A DNA stretch of 64,000 nucleotides from Octopus vulgaris (Eukaryota), in the NCBI GenBank assembly GCA_951406725.2, contig OX597826.1, forward strand, positions 17,794,001-17,858,000, written 5' to 3'. The translations under genes were made by a program, and so were the position numbers. Below are positions 13,206 to 25,431 of the stretch, one piece after another. Under the pieces are notes generated by a model. It did no database searches. It had not been told where the DNA came from and saw only the letters and a list, made by a program, of their open reading frames with translations. How positions within the stretch are numbered: the stretch's first letter is position 1; each line of letters opens with the position of its first letter.

Positions 13206-13819
13206 AATACTTGACTATTATTAAATATTATATTTCAACAACAATGGATATTATTACATTGTGGCATTTTGAATATTACACTAGAATGTCATTGGATACT
13301 ACATTATGATATCACTGAATATAGCATCACATAACACTGGACTATCATTTCCTCACAGCATTTCATTATATGACATCACATGATTGGGTAATACTGTGTC
13401 ACCTCATTAGGTATCTATCTGTGATAGCAATGTTTACCACTCCTCTAGTTGTAACTGGATACATCATGAAATGTTTAATCCTCTTATGACCAAATTTCTA
13501 ATGGCATCATACAGAGCCGATTCTTACTTTGGTCTCACTGCTTTCATGGATTCCCATGACTCTCTGTCGCCATCCAATTCTCTTATGAATTTGAATTGGG
13601 ACCTTGAGCCATAGTGAATCTTTCATTAGCTGATCATGCAACCATGGATGCCACCCTTATGAATGCATTGCAGTTACTCTCTTGATGCAGCTTGGTGATT
13701 CTCCTCACATCCATGTTGGCTCAGTTGAGCTTTTCTGCTACTAATTCACAATCCACCATGCTGCTATCCCCTGGCTTCCCCATATCCCTTGCAGGGTGGC
13801 TTAATAGGTGTATGCTCAC

Positions 13820-14055
13820 AAGGCAGCAAGCTGGCAGAAACGTTAGCACGCCAGGCGAAATGCTTAGCGGGATTTCATCTGCCATTACGTTGTGAGTTCA
13901 AATTCCGCCGAGGTCGACTTTGCCTGTCATCCTTTCGGGGTCGATAAATTAAGTACCAGTTACGCACTGGGGTCGATGTAATCGTCTTAATCCGTTTGTC
14001 TGTCCTTGTTTGTCCACTCTATGTTTAGCCCCTTGTGGGTAGTAAAGAAATAGGT
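13820..14055 (+). mobile_element. tRNA-derived SINE, family B (relatives near 35760, 36790-, 41410, 45432/45732)
   Basis: aggcagcaagctggcagaaacgttagc (A-box-like) ... gagttcaaattcc (B-box-like); multiple related copies in the window. Confidence 0.8.
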
Positions 14056-14372
14056 ATTATGTCTTGCCAAAGAGCATCCCATAACTATGCAGGGCATGGT
14101 TGTCACCCTGTGAAGTATTTTTAAAATGCCCATATACCCTGCACAGTACCTACGTATCTTTTTTCATCCTTGACTTGTTTCAGTCATTTTACTGCAGCTA
14201 TGCTGGGGCACCACCTTCACGGACTTAGTCGAATGAATTGACCCTAGTGCTTATATTTTAAAGCCTAGTACTTATTCTATCAGTCTCTTTTGCTGAACCA
14301 CTAAGTTATGGGGACATAAACACATCAACACTAGTTGTCAAGTGATGGTGGGGGAACAAACACAGACACAAA

Positions 14373-14418
<46 letters not shown>

Positions 14419-14894
14419 CATACACAGTAGGTTTCTTTCAGTTTCTGTCTACCAAATCCACTGACACGGCTTTGGTCAGCTTGAGGCTATAGTAGAAGAC
14501 ACTTACCCACAGTATCACCCAGTGGGACTGAACCCTGATTGAGAAGCATTCTTCTTACCACATAACCACACCTGTGTCTATATATACCACATAACCACAC
14601 CTGTGTCTATATATCCCTACTAATTTTGAAAATAATCACCTGTTTGGAGAATATAAATAAAATAATCCACTTTTTCCCTAGTTAGCTAATGTTTCAAATG
14701 TAATTTAAGAAAAGGTTCTTACATAAAATTATGATGAGAAGTTTTCAATTAAATGTGAACTTTTTTAAAATGGAAGGTTTTTGTGTGATAGAATTAGATG
14801 CAGTTTCAAGAGGGTTAATGTCAAAGCATTAAAGAATGTATTTCATTTTTTCTTTCTTAATTGAATGTTCTGATAATGTATCTAATATGTCTAG

Positions 14895-14949
14895 GGTGCA
14901 GTTGTGCGCGTTGTCAGAGACAACCTCAAGAAATTGACTCTTGCTGTTG
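14895..14949 (+). CDS. P4-ATPase exon
   Basis: GAVVRVVRDNLKKLTLAV(G); tag/gtaagt. Confidence 0.93.
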
Positions 14950-15381
14950 GTAAGTAGTGTTTTTCTCTGATTCCAATTTTCACCTCTCTCTATCTTTCTA
15001 GCTGTCTCTCTGTTTGTCTACCTCTCTCTCTCTCTCTCTCTAACACATCTCCATCCACCCACTTTCACTCATCCAGCCACAAACCTACACCCTCCCTAAT
15101 AACAACCAAAACAAGCCAACATAGGAAACAATACTATACACAGTTGCTCACCCTGCTAAAAATAACAGCTAAATTTCCCTCAAATCACCCTACCACTTAA
15201 AAAAAAATGAGAAACACATTTACTAATGTAATTCTAGAATACTCATCCTGAATACAAGACAAAGTGGTTACTGTTGAAAAACCTTTGATCATAATTCTAG
15301 TCAATCAGGACTGACCTGGAGTTAAACACCAACGACATAACCATGCTAACCAATATTCTATGTACTCTTCCTTCTGCACAG

Positions 15382-15584
15382 GTGATGGTGCCAATGATGT
15401 GAATATGATTCAAACTGCTGACATTGGTATTGGTATTTCTGGTCAAGAAGGCATGCAAGCAGTAATGTCATCAGACTTTTCTATTGCAAGGTTCCGATTT
15501 CTGAAACGTCTCCTCCTTGTCCATGGACATTGGTGCTATCATCGCTTTGCTCATTTCCTTTCTTTTATGTTCTATAAAAATCTG
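15382..15584 (+). CDS. P4-ATPase exon (hinge motif and TM5)
   Basis: [55 protein letters not shown]...FYKNL; GQEGMQAVM and HGHWCY are typical of the ATP10 class. Confidence 0.97.
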
Positions 15585-17269
15585 GTAAATAAATTTTTTT
15601 TTTGTTTTACTCTTAAAATTGTTTTCTTTTGCAAAAGATTAGACAACTTGTCCTTTGGTAAGATTTGTTACCTTTTGGATGATTGACAAAATTGAGATAT
15701 TTATTTAAATAAAAATCTGTCATTCAGCATAATACAGTAGAAATTGTGATAAAATAAATACCTTTTTGCCACTCTGTAAAAATCATGTGACTTTCAAAGT
15801 GAAAATATTCTTTCATTATAAAAAATCTATTACATTGAATATGGAGATTAATACATCTGCATGTTTTATATTTTTGCAGTCAATTATACAGCATATTTGA
15901 TTTAAATGTGTCCAACGCATGTTTCTGTTGCATAGATATATCACAATTGCATTTGAACCCAGTGTCTTTTGACTGTTATTTGTCTATGCAACTTTATTCA
16001 AGGTCTGTGCACTGATGTGGTCTTAATTGAACTAAATGTCTGTAGATTTAGCTAGCATTATATTTGGCCTGTGACTATAGTTTTTGAGTGCAAAGAGTAT
16101 GAGAGGAAGATTTGGAAACTTGATATGACTATAAAAACTGCTATATGGTTGATCCTCTAACGACCCTAGGTTTTTTATTTTTTCAAATAAAGAATACTAA
16201 ACCTTAAATTAGGTCAGAGAATATTTTTTTAAACCACTGGCCTTAGTTGGATTACGAATTCCTTGTGGTTCAAAAAAATATTCTTTTCTCACTGTAAACT
16301 TTCGCCTGCGGTATGTATATTTGCCACACTCTCTCTGACTCTCTGTATATGTATATCACTCATGCTGCATGTATGTGTGTGTGTCAGTGTCTGGGCGCGT
16401 GTGTATAAGGAATTTTATTACGGTAAAAGAGTCCCCATCAGCAAGCTAAGAAAAATTTTTATACTTATGCACCAAATAGTAAAACAAAAACTTAGTTTAT
16501 TGGTTCATTATAAATTGCCCCAAACAATGCAGAAATCTATCCTGATCAAGAGACCTATTTGTTAAAGTAGACATGGTCTCACATGGAACAAAAATCATTG
16601 AAATAAAAGCATTCAGCTATGAAAATTGCCCCCAGCAACAACATGATACTTAGCTACTATATATGTTCCACGTCCTCTCGTTGTTGTGTTTTCATGTTTG
16701 GATTAACTATATATATATATATTTATATATATATATTTATATATATATATTTATATATATATATTTATATATATATATTTATATATATATATTTATATAT
16801 ATATACCCATGCTAGCATGGAAAGCGGACGTTAAACGATGATGATGATGATGATGATGATATATATATATTTATATATATATTTAAATAATGAGGGAGAT
16901 AAATTAATATTAATTTTAATATCAATTTAAAACCAGTAGTCTAGCATACAAAAAATCTGAGAAATCAGAGAAAATTCTAATATATGTGTATATTGGCAGG
17001 GCAATATATATACATACATACACACATACATACATATATATACATACATACATGTATATATATATATGTATGTATGTATGTTCTGGTTTTGGTGTTGGCA
17101 CTGGCCTCTCATTACATCATAACCATTGTCTTTTTTGTTTTCTGTTGTGATGCAAAATCCATTTTTCATTACCTGTAACAATGCACTGTAGAAATGACAG
17201 ATTGTTATTCCTGTTAATAGAAGACTGCTGCAGATGGTGGAACATTGTGTTCAATTCTCAAGAATAAGC

Positions 17270-17719
17270 TCATGTGGAACCCAAATTCCCTCTCTGCATG
17301 CTTTCCCATTTTGCTCTTGAGATGTTCGTAGATAGTTGAATGTGACACAGAAAATGTTTACGCTGAATCTCTGGTATTTTGATGTGGATCCAATACAATA
17401 TTACGGAGATGTACCTGCATAGCAAGTGATTTGATCTGAGATCGTGTGCTGGAACGAAAACAATTGCAGCGTGGAAGGTGTTTGTAAGCCATTTAAGAAA
17501 CACACAAAAGCCGTTTGATTCACTTCAACATTTAAGTTTAATTTGTCAAAATATTTTCGTCACTATAAGGCCGCTACCTGTTCACTGCAGCACGGATTTT
17601 TGTCAGTGAACAGGTCGCGGTCTTACGGCAACGAAAATATTTTGACAAATTAAACTTAAATGTTGAAATGAATCGAACGGCTTTTGTGTGTTTCTTAATT
17701 GGCTTACAAACATCTTCCA
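17270..17719. mobile_element. Penelope-like pLTR remnant with inverted partial copy (arms 17472-17587 / 17604-17719)
   Basis: 116-bp imperfect inverted repeat with 16-bp spacer containing a hammerhead-like motif. Confidence 0.65.
17599..17649 (+). ncRNA. Type I hammerhead ribozyme-like motif, G3-C8 variant
   Basis: tttgtca-GTGAACA-g-gtcgc..gcaac-GAAA-atat-TT-tgacaaa: 7-bp stem I, palindromic stem III (aatatt). Confidence 0.65.
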
Positions 17720-18373
17720 GTACAATAGTTTCATTCAAAGGTTGCCATAGAGAGTGGCTTGTCTTCCAGAGCGAGGCTTGTTAGACATGTCACAATCGCC
17801 ATCTTTAAATCTTTTAAACCACAGCTAATATATACAAGCTTTCGTTGTCTCCAGATACACTTCACAGTAAGTATTGGTAACTATGCTGTTTCATAAAGTT
17901 CATATCCTCCATGGGCTGAATTACTGAAATACCTATGAATGGCACACTGCTGGATAGAAGAGATGATATACCTTTTGTAGACAGTTCCCACCCATTCAAC
18001 CTTGGCTCTGATGTGATTGGTTGATTCATATTTCATAGTGGTGAAAAAACACAATTACTTTCTGAACACCCAAGTATATATATGTACGTATATATATATA
18101 TATATATATATATAAGTTTAACAATTAAGGATAACCTCTTAATAAGGGATCTTAACAAGAAATTATCGGGTAGTTAGCGTGAAAACCTCATAAAAGAAAA
18201 GAATTCGAAAATAATTTTTTTCTCTTGAACAAATTAATTATATCTATATTGTATAGAGGGCATTATTACACATAAATGCCTCACACTAAGAGGGACAAAG
18301 TCATTACTACCAAAATTATACTAATCATACCCAAATGCAGTTTTTCAAAGCAAGACATTTAAAAAATGAATTT

Positions 18374-18431
18374 AGTTCTGTATCACCGTGATTTCACATT
18401 CAACTTACGTCTTATGATCATCAGCAGAACT
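18374..18431 (-). ncRNA. Type I hammerhead ribozyme (mirror copy)
   Basis: Reverse complement of 18458-18515. Confidence 0.75.
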
Positions 18432-18457
18432 GATTCTGAACACATGTGTTCAGAATC

Positions 18458-18515
18458 AGTTCTGCTGATGATCATAAGACGTAAGTTGAATGTGAAATCA
18501 CGGTGATACAGAACT
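18458..18515 (+). ncRNA. Type I hammerhead ribozyme
   Basis: agttctg-CTGATGA-(tcat...atgt, weak stem II)-GAAA-tcacggtga-TA-cagaact; 7-bp stem I, stem III with 1-nt loop. Confidence 0.78.
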
Positions 18516-19395
18516 AAATTCATTTTTTAAATGTCTTGCTTTGAAAAACTGCATTTGGGTATGATTAGTATAATTTTGGTAGTAATGACTTTGTCCCTCT
18601 TAGTGTGAGGCATTTATGTGTAATAATGCCCTCTATACAATATATATATATATATGTATGTATATACAGGTAATATGTGTGTGTGTGTGTGTGAATACAT
18701 ATACATGTGTAGATATGAGTGTGTGTGTATACATTTATGTATATATATTCTTTTATCCTTTTGTTTCAGTCATTTGACTGTAGCCATGCTGGAGCACTCC
18801 CTTGAAGGGTTTTAGTCACAGAAAGCAACCCCAGAACTTATTTTTTTAAGACTTGTACTTATTCCATAGATCTCTTTTGCCAAACCACTAAGTTACAGGA
18901 ACGTAAGCACATCAACACTGGTCTCAAGCAATGGTGAGAGACAACTACAGACACAAAGACACTCACACATAAATATATTCATATGGTTATGCTTAATCAA
19001 ATAATTTAATTTGCTATGAGAAATTAGTCAACTTTTGAATCCACAAATCTACCACTCCTGTCTATCTCCATCAGACTCGGTCTCTTTTATGCCTTTCCTC
19101 TCTCTATATACATTTACCACACTCTTTATCACTCTCTGTTTGTGTATGTATATCTCTCGTGCATGCTGCTCCCCACTTTCTCTCTTGATATGACGTACTT
19201 GCATTCATTTTGTTTAAAACTTCGTTATTGTAATGTTTGCTTTCATTTTATGATGGGCAGCTCTCTCGTAAAACATTCTAGCTTCCAAATCCTGTTTTTT
19301 CGGTTGGGTAAAAATGATCAAACTTTAAACCTTTGTATTGTTTATGAATTTGTTTTGCAAGATTCCTGAGGTGAAATTGTGTTGTGAAATAGACG

Positions 19396-19725
19396 TTGCT
19401 ATATTTTGGGACGGTCATTTTTTTTTTCCTACCAAATAAACACCTGCACTATATATTCACATTTCACTCATTTATTATTGTTATTTTATCTTATGTCCAT
19501 TGTCTGGAAATCTTTATGTCTAGAAAGACAGAATGGATTAAACAGAACGGGAGAACACACATAGGATGGAAGAGTCACTGAAGAGGTCACAGGTGTGTGA
19601 TAAAAGATTTCTAGACAATGCACGTAAGATAAAATAAGAACAATAATAAATGAATGAAGAACAAATATATAGTGTATTTGTTTATTTAGCAAGAAAAATA
19701 ATCGACCATTCCCAAAATATAACAA
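19396..19725. repeat. Diverged inverted repeat (19396-19515 / 19603-19725)
   Basis: Similar peptides in ORF 19396+ and 19486- reflect reverse-complement arms. Confidence 0.85.
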
Positions 19726-19815
19726 AACTTGTTTTTCCTAAGATTTTTCTGAAATACATCACTGAATTGGATTTAGCATATATATATGTGTATACCTATA
19801 TATATATAGGCACAT

Positions 19816-19854
<39 letters not shown>

Positions 19855-20371
19855 CAGAGAGACAGACAGACGCATCACTTATCATTATCTCTTCAGATTT
19901 TCTGTAGCAATTAAAGCCTGCACTAATTTTGTTTATGATGTTTCAAATCTGAGACACTTAATGGACACAACAACGAGATTGAAGAGGAAATATGGGAAAT
20001 GGGCATATATGACATATTTCAGGATCTTTTGCTCCTTCATGAGTGCCACATTTAACCCATTAATCATCCATGAACTCATTGCTTAAACAGCAACTAAATA
20101 TAGAGGTGTAACATCATTGGAAACTGTTGCTCTGTGGTGGGGGTTCAAACTTCTTACCACACAACCATCCCTTTGTATGTATGTGTGTATGTATTTTTTT
20201 TAGTCATTCAAGGAATGCCATAAATATATATTTCTACACTATCTCCACTAGTTTTACTGAATTTTTGGAATTCTATGTTAGAGGTATTACAAGATTATGA
20301 CAATAAATCAAGAAAACATTCATATTTCAAGTGTTTACATTTTGATGTTTTTCTTTTTCTTTCTTTCACAG

Positions 20372-20572
20372 ATTTCCACATTTGTTCTCTTCTGGTTCCA
20401 AATTTTCAGTGGTTATTCTGGCTCCATGCAACTTGGTGATATATTTCTAATGCTAGAACATGTCTTGTTTACATCACTTCCACCACTTCTTAATGGAATT
20501 CTTGACAAGGATCTGTCTGCTGAAACTCTGTCTGAAAATCCTTATCTTTACAAACAGGGGCCAAGTGGGGAA
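20372..20572 (+). CDS. P4-ATPase exon (TM5-TM6)
   Basis: ISTFVLFWFQIFSGYSG...VLFTSLPPLLNGILDKDLSAETLSENPYLYKQG. Confidence 0.95.
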
Positions 20573-20629
20573 GTAAGCAAGAACAAGTTTGCTTTCTATA
20601 TTTCCGGTGCTGAAGATGTAACAAATCTG

Positions 20630-21045
20630 AAAGTGTCTGTTGTTGTTGTTGTGTATGAACTGACAATGTCTGTTGTGACAGTGTGTCTTTCGCAACAGAA
20701 TCTGTGGGACAGTGTCTGGTGTAACAGCATCTGTTGTGAGAGTGTTTTTTTTATGACAGTGTCTGTTGTGTCATTTGTGACAGTATTCATGAGACAGTAT
20801 TTGTTGTGACTGTGTGTGCTACGATAGCATCTGTCATGTCATTTGTAACAGTGTTTGTGTGACAGTGCTTGTTGTGTCAGTATCTCTGAGATGGTATCTG
20901 TTGTGACAGTGCCTGTGTGATAGAATCTGTGTGGCAGCATTTGTTGTGACAATATCTGTTTTGATAGTATATGTTACAACAGTGTCTGTTACAGTATCTG
21001 TGTGACAGTATGTAGTCTGCAAAGTGTCTGTTTTGTCAGTATCAT
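20630..21045. repeat. Degenerate minisatellite, unit about 16-17 bp (gtgtctgttgtgaca)
   Basis: Repeated gtgtctgttgtgacag-like units just downstream of the exon donor. Confidence 0.85.
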
Positions 21046-21738
21046 TATAACAATTGTCTACTAATACAGCATCACTAGTACAACCAATATTACTTTGATT
21101 AAAGTAATTGTGTTACATACTATTTGATTTTCTCCTGACTACCATTAAAAGTGATGTATACAAAAATATGTTAATATATATATATATATAGGTTGAAATG
21201 TTTGACAGGATCTGATGGGTTTAAGGATTGTCTAATTTGGTGTAGGTTCTATGGCTGGATATCCTTCCTAATACCAACCGCTTTATTGTGTGTACTGGGT
21301 GCTTTTTCTGTGCCACCAGCACAAGTGAGGTCACCATACAAGACTATGAACCTCAAGAGAGGTGTCTTTATGTTGTGAGATAAGGCATTGGAGTATGAGA
21401 AAAGGGTCACAGCAGAAGAATTTTGTTGCTGTCGAAGATCTACATGGTTACTCATGTTTTAGAAACGAAGGTTGGTATGATTGAGGTGGAGCTGGGAAGA
21501 GCTAGAAATAGTGGTGATGAGGTGTCTGGGTGAGTAGAGTTGAGTGGGGACAGAAGAATCAGGAGGGTGGGTGTGTATTGGAGAGTGAGAGATGAGCAAT
21601 GGGTGATGGAGTAAATATAATTGATGAACGAGTGTTGAGGGGTGAAAATAGTGAATGGTAGATAAGAAACAGGGGTGACCAATGATATACAGGGGTGAAG
21701 AACAGCAGAGTAGTAATGAAGTTATAGTAGACAGGGAA

Positions 21739-22271
21739 GGGTGAAATACTGATTTAAGCGCCCCCTGTAATCTCCAATAACATTTTTAGGTTTTTTGAAA
21801 TTTCAGAAAATTTTTGTGAATTTGTGTTCTGCATATGAGAATTCATACAATTATGCAAAAAAACTTTATTGAGTGTGTAATTTAAGGGCGATTTTTTAGC
21901 TATTGTTTTTAGCACATCTCATGACCACCTGATACCTTCCTCGGTTCTTTGTCACTCTGACATGTATTGATGTTTTCCAGTATTTTTCTCTCCATAGACA
22001 CACTTTATGGATTGATGATGCACTGAAGGGTGGTCTAAACCATTTGAATTGTCCATATTTTAAACTCTGATTTTAAAAAGAAATTTGAAAACGAGTGGAA
22101 CTTTAAGATTTGGTGGGGGCGGAGTGTTAAAAATTTTTATAAAAATTAATTTTTTCATTATCATATAAATTCCAAATGTGTAGAACACAAATTAGCAAAA
22201 TTTTTCTGGAAATTCCAAACAATAGAAAAGTTTTGAAGGGTTTTATGGGTGCTTAAACCAGAATTCCACTC
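21739..22271. mobile_element. Non-autonomous DNA transposon (MITE) with long imperfect TIRs
   Basis: gggtgaaatactgatttaagcgccc ... gggtgcttaaaccagaattccactc; flanked on both sides by agggaa. Confidence 0.75.
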
Positions 22272-22284
22272 AGGGAAGGATGAC

Positions 22285-22315
<31 letters not shown>

Positions 22316-23478
22316 TGATGTGAGGATGGGTCGGTTACCATAGTGTGGGTGGAAGAGAGACAGGTATAGTGCATGTGGAAGGTGGGAAATGTATGGAGGT
22401 AGAGGAAGGGAAATAATTTGGTGGCTCAGGCAAGACGATTAGCGTAAAATATGGATGGAGAGGACAGTGTAACGATGAAGGATGAATATGTAGTGAAATG
22501 GTTCTGGGCAGTTAATGATATCAAGGAAAACCGCAGTTGATAGGTGTTTGCGGTGAGGGTGAAGGGCCCACTTTTGGATATCATTCTATACCTCCTTGTT
22601 TAGACATGTCAGTCGTACTGTTTAAATAAGTATACATACATCATCATTAGTTAATCAAATTATAATTTGTAAAAACTTTTGATGTAAGCAATCACATCAA
22701 AATGAGAATCATGCTGTACATCATGATGTACTTTTAAGTATCTCAGATTTTGTTCCATTTCTGTGACCTGCTCGCTGACACAATTCCACTAAGTCTATTG
22801 AAAACCAGTTAGTGAGCAGATTTTGAAACCTCACAAATTTTCTGTTTTTTCTTTTATTATTTTGATTCAAAAGCTTCAGTCAGAGTCACTATTACCTGTT
22901 GCCTATCAAAAATAACAGCTTCAAAACAACTTTACTTTAAATAAGAAAATCAAATATCATATCAGCTCTACACATTTTATGACAGGTTACTGAATAGTCT
23001 GTATATAACATTGCAAACCTAATCTTAATGATTAGTCCAAACAGACATGCATTGACTGAGTTTTAAAGAGTCAGGTAGACTGCCTTGCAGTATTTGTTCT
23101 GATGCTCTGCATTATAAGTTCAATTCCCACCAAGGTCACTTTTGCCATTCAACCTTTAAGGATCAATAAAAATGTTCCAACCCAGGAAAGTGGACTGGCA
23201 GAACTGTGAAAATGTGTGACCGATGCCTTGTGGTATTTGTTCCAGTTTTTTTGTCTTCTATGTTTAATTTCTACCATGTTGCTACACACTTAAATTTTAC
23301 CCCAAATTTTGCCCCAAATCCTGATAATAAGGACCTGACTGCTGTTAGAACTTCCAACTGCAACTTGTACATAGACATAACACATGTACAAAACGTCCAG
23401 ACACAAATATATGCACACACACAGATATCAAAATCCCAATTTGAATGACAATCAGTAATTAAAGTCACTCTTTTTCAG

Positions 23479-23559
23479 CTCTACACAAAATGGTCATTTT
23501 TTGGCATCCTGCTTGACGCCCTTTTCCAGAGTATTGCATTATATTTCATTCCACATTTG
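23479..23559 (+). CDS. P4-ATPase exon (TM7)
   Basis: LYTKWSFFGILLDALFQSIALYFIPHL; cag/gtaagt; not in the ORF track. Confidence 0.93.
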
Positions 23560-25326
23560 GTAAGTTAGATCACCATTTTATTCCTCTCTACAATGCTTAA
23601 GAGATTAGGGTCATAAATTAGTAAAAAGGGAGTACGTTTAACTAAAATACCTCACAGAAATTAATCATGACCTCTTGAATTCTGTCCTCAAATTTAATCA
23701 ATGATAGCCTCTCATCTCTACAGTCTCAATAAATTGAGTTATAGTTGTGTGCTTGAGCCAATATCCTTGACAATACTCATCACTTTAATGCTTATCATCA
23801 TCATCATCCTAATCCTCATCATCACCATCATTTAGCATCTGTTTTCCATGCTGGCTTGGCTCAAGATTTCTCAGGAGCTGGCCAGCTGGAGAACTGTTTA
23901 GGCTTCAATTGTCTCTTTTGACAAGGTTTCTATGGCTGGATGCCCTTCCTAATACCAACCACTTTATGTGCTGGGTGCCTTTCACATGCTAGTGGCACAA
24001 GTGCATTTCGTGTGGCATTGGCATGAGTGCATTAGTCAACATTAGTCAACATTAATAAATCTATTCTGAATAAAGTAACTAATGCAATGTAAAAACGAGC
24101 TTGCTCGTTTCTTCACTAATTTATGTCTGAAGTCCTAAAGTAGATGCTTGCATACTTTCACACTGCCACACACCACATTAATTTAGATAGAGGTGGGTAG
24201 TAATGCTATTTGTACCAAGTAGCTCATTATCTCAAGAATAGCAGACAGATAGCTTATCCCCAGTAGAGCCTAACTCTAACTATTAATTAAATATATTTCC
24301 TCTCGTTATTGTGCACCAACACATCTCAATGAACTCTGCTAATTCTTTGTTATACCAACAACTCCTAGTTTTTTTTTTATTTTGTAGTTCTGCACATTGA
24401 GTTCCACTATCATTTGTATGCAGTTGAGTAAAAATAATATCTACCTTCAGATAGAGTGACTGAAATTATCAGAATATTGTGCCTAAGGGCAGGACACAAT
24501 GTCTGTTAAGAGTATTTCACAAATACTTTTATTGCTCCAGCTATTCTCCTCAGGGCAAATTTTACCTCAATTAGCCATGCGCTAAACTGTTGGAGTGGTA
24601 GAGAGCAACATCCTGATATAAAACCTCATACCTTTAGGTAGAGAGGATATATCTCACACTCTACTTTCATTTTCACCCCAGCCTGGGATTGACTACAAAA
24701 ACACACATGCACACACACACACACACACATACAAAGAGAGAGAGAGAGAGAGAGAGAGAGGGGAACAAGGTAAACAATTTTGAGGGAAATAGCTCAATTG
24801 ATTATATGAACTGCAGTATTTTGCTGGTTCTTTATTTTACTGACCCCTTAAAAATGACTGCAAAGTTGATTTCTGCAGGATTTGAACTCAGAATATAAAG
24901 AGCCAGAACAAACACCATAAAGCACTTTGTCTATTGCTTTAGTGATTCAACCAATTCCCATTCTCTAACGTGGACTAATAATCTACAATAATACAGAATA
25001 TTTCAAGGAAGACTATATTAATTCAAACGCTTCTTCAGGTAAACTTTTACTTATAATTCTCTCTAAATTAACTCCTGTTTAAGAACTACTGGCCAATAGC
25101 CAAGCTTATGGCTGTACTTCTTAGGGTAAGCTCCAAACAATCTAACATAGTTATGGTTCCCTGTTAAATCCTGTGTCACTTTATTTATATTACAGATACC
25201 ACTTAGGAAACTACAGGTGTTAGAACTTGCTGTATTTAGGATCTCAAACTTTGAGTTCTACTGTCTATATTTTAAAGTCATTACAAACACCATATCTTAT
25301 TCTTGTTTATTTGTTTTGTTTTTAAG

Positions 25327-25431
25327 GCTTACCTTGACAGCAATACAGGAATTTGGGAGTTTGGTACAACGATGATGGTCATCCTCATTTTAATCATCTA
25401 TCTACATCTTGGCATTGAGACATATTCATGG
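25327..25431 (+). CDS. P4-ATPase exon (TM8)
   Basis: AYLDSNTGIWEFGTTMMVILILIIYLHLGIETYSW. Confidence 0.93.

Larger units (their letters stand above)
18115..18644. mobile_element. Penelope-like pLTR with perfect 400-bp palindrome (18245-18644), flanked by (TA)n
   Basis: Zero-spacer palindrome centred on 18444/18445 (gaacaca|tgtgttc); left arm extends a further ~130 bp to the TA tract. Confidence 0.75.

Noticed and set aside
13476-14818. Possible piggyBac MITE split by nested insertions
   Set aside because: Ends match only loosely (ttaatcctctt / aagagggttaa); cannot be supported without a consensus.
20573-20809. Read-through of the exon ORF into a Val/Ser-rich tail
   Set aside because: Intronic minisatellite after a good gtaagc donor; downstream TM exons are present.
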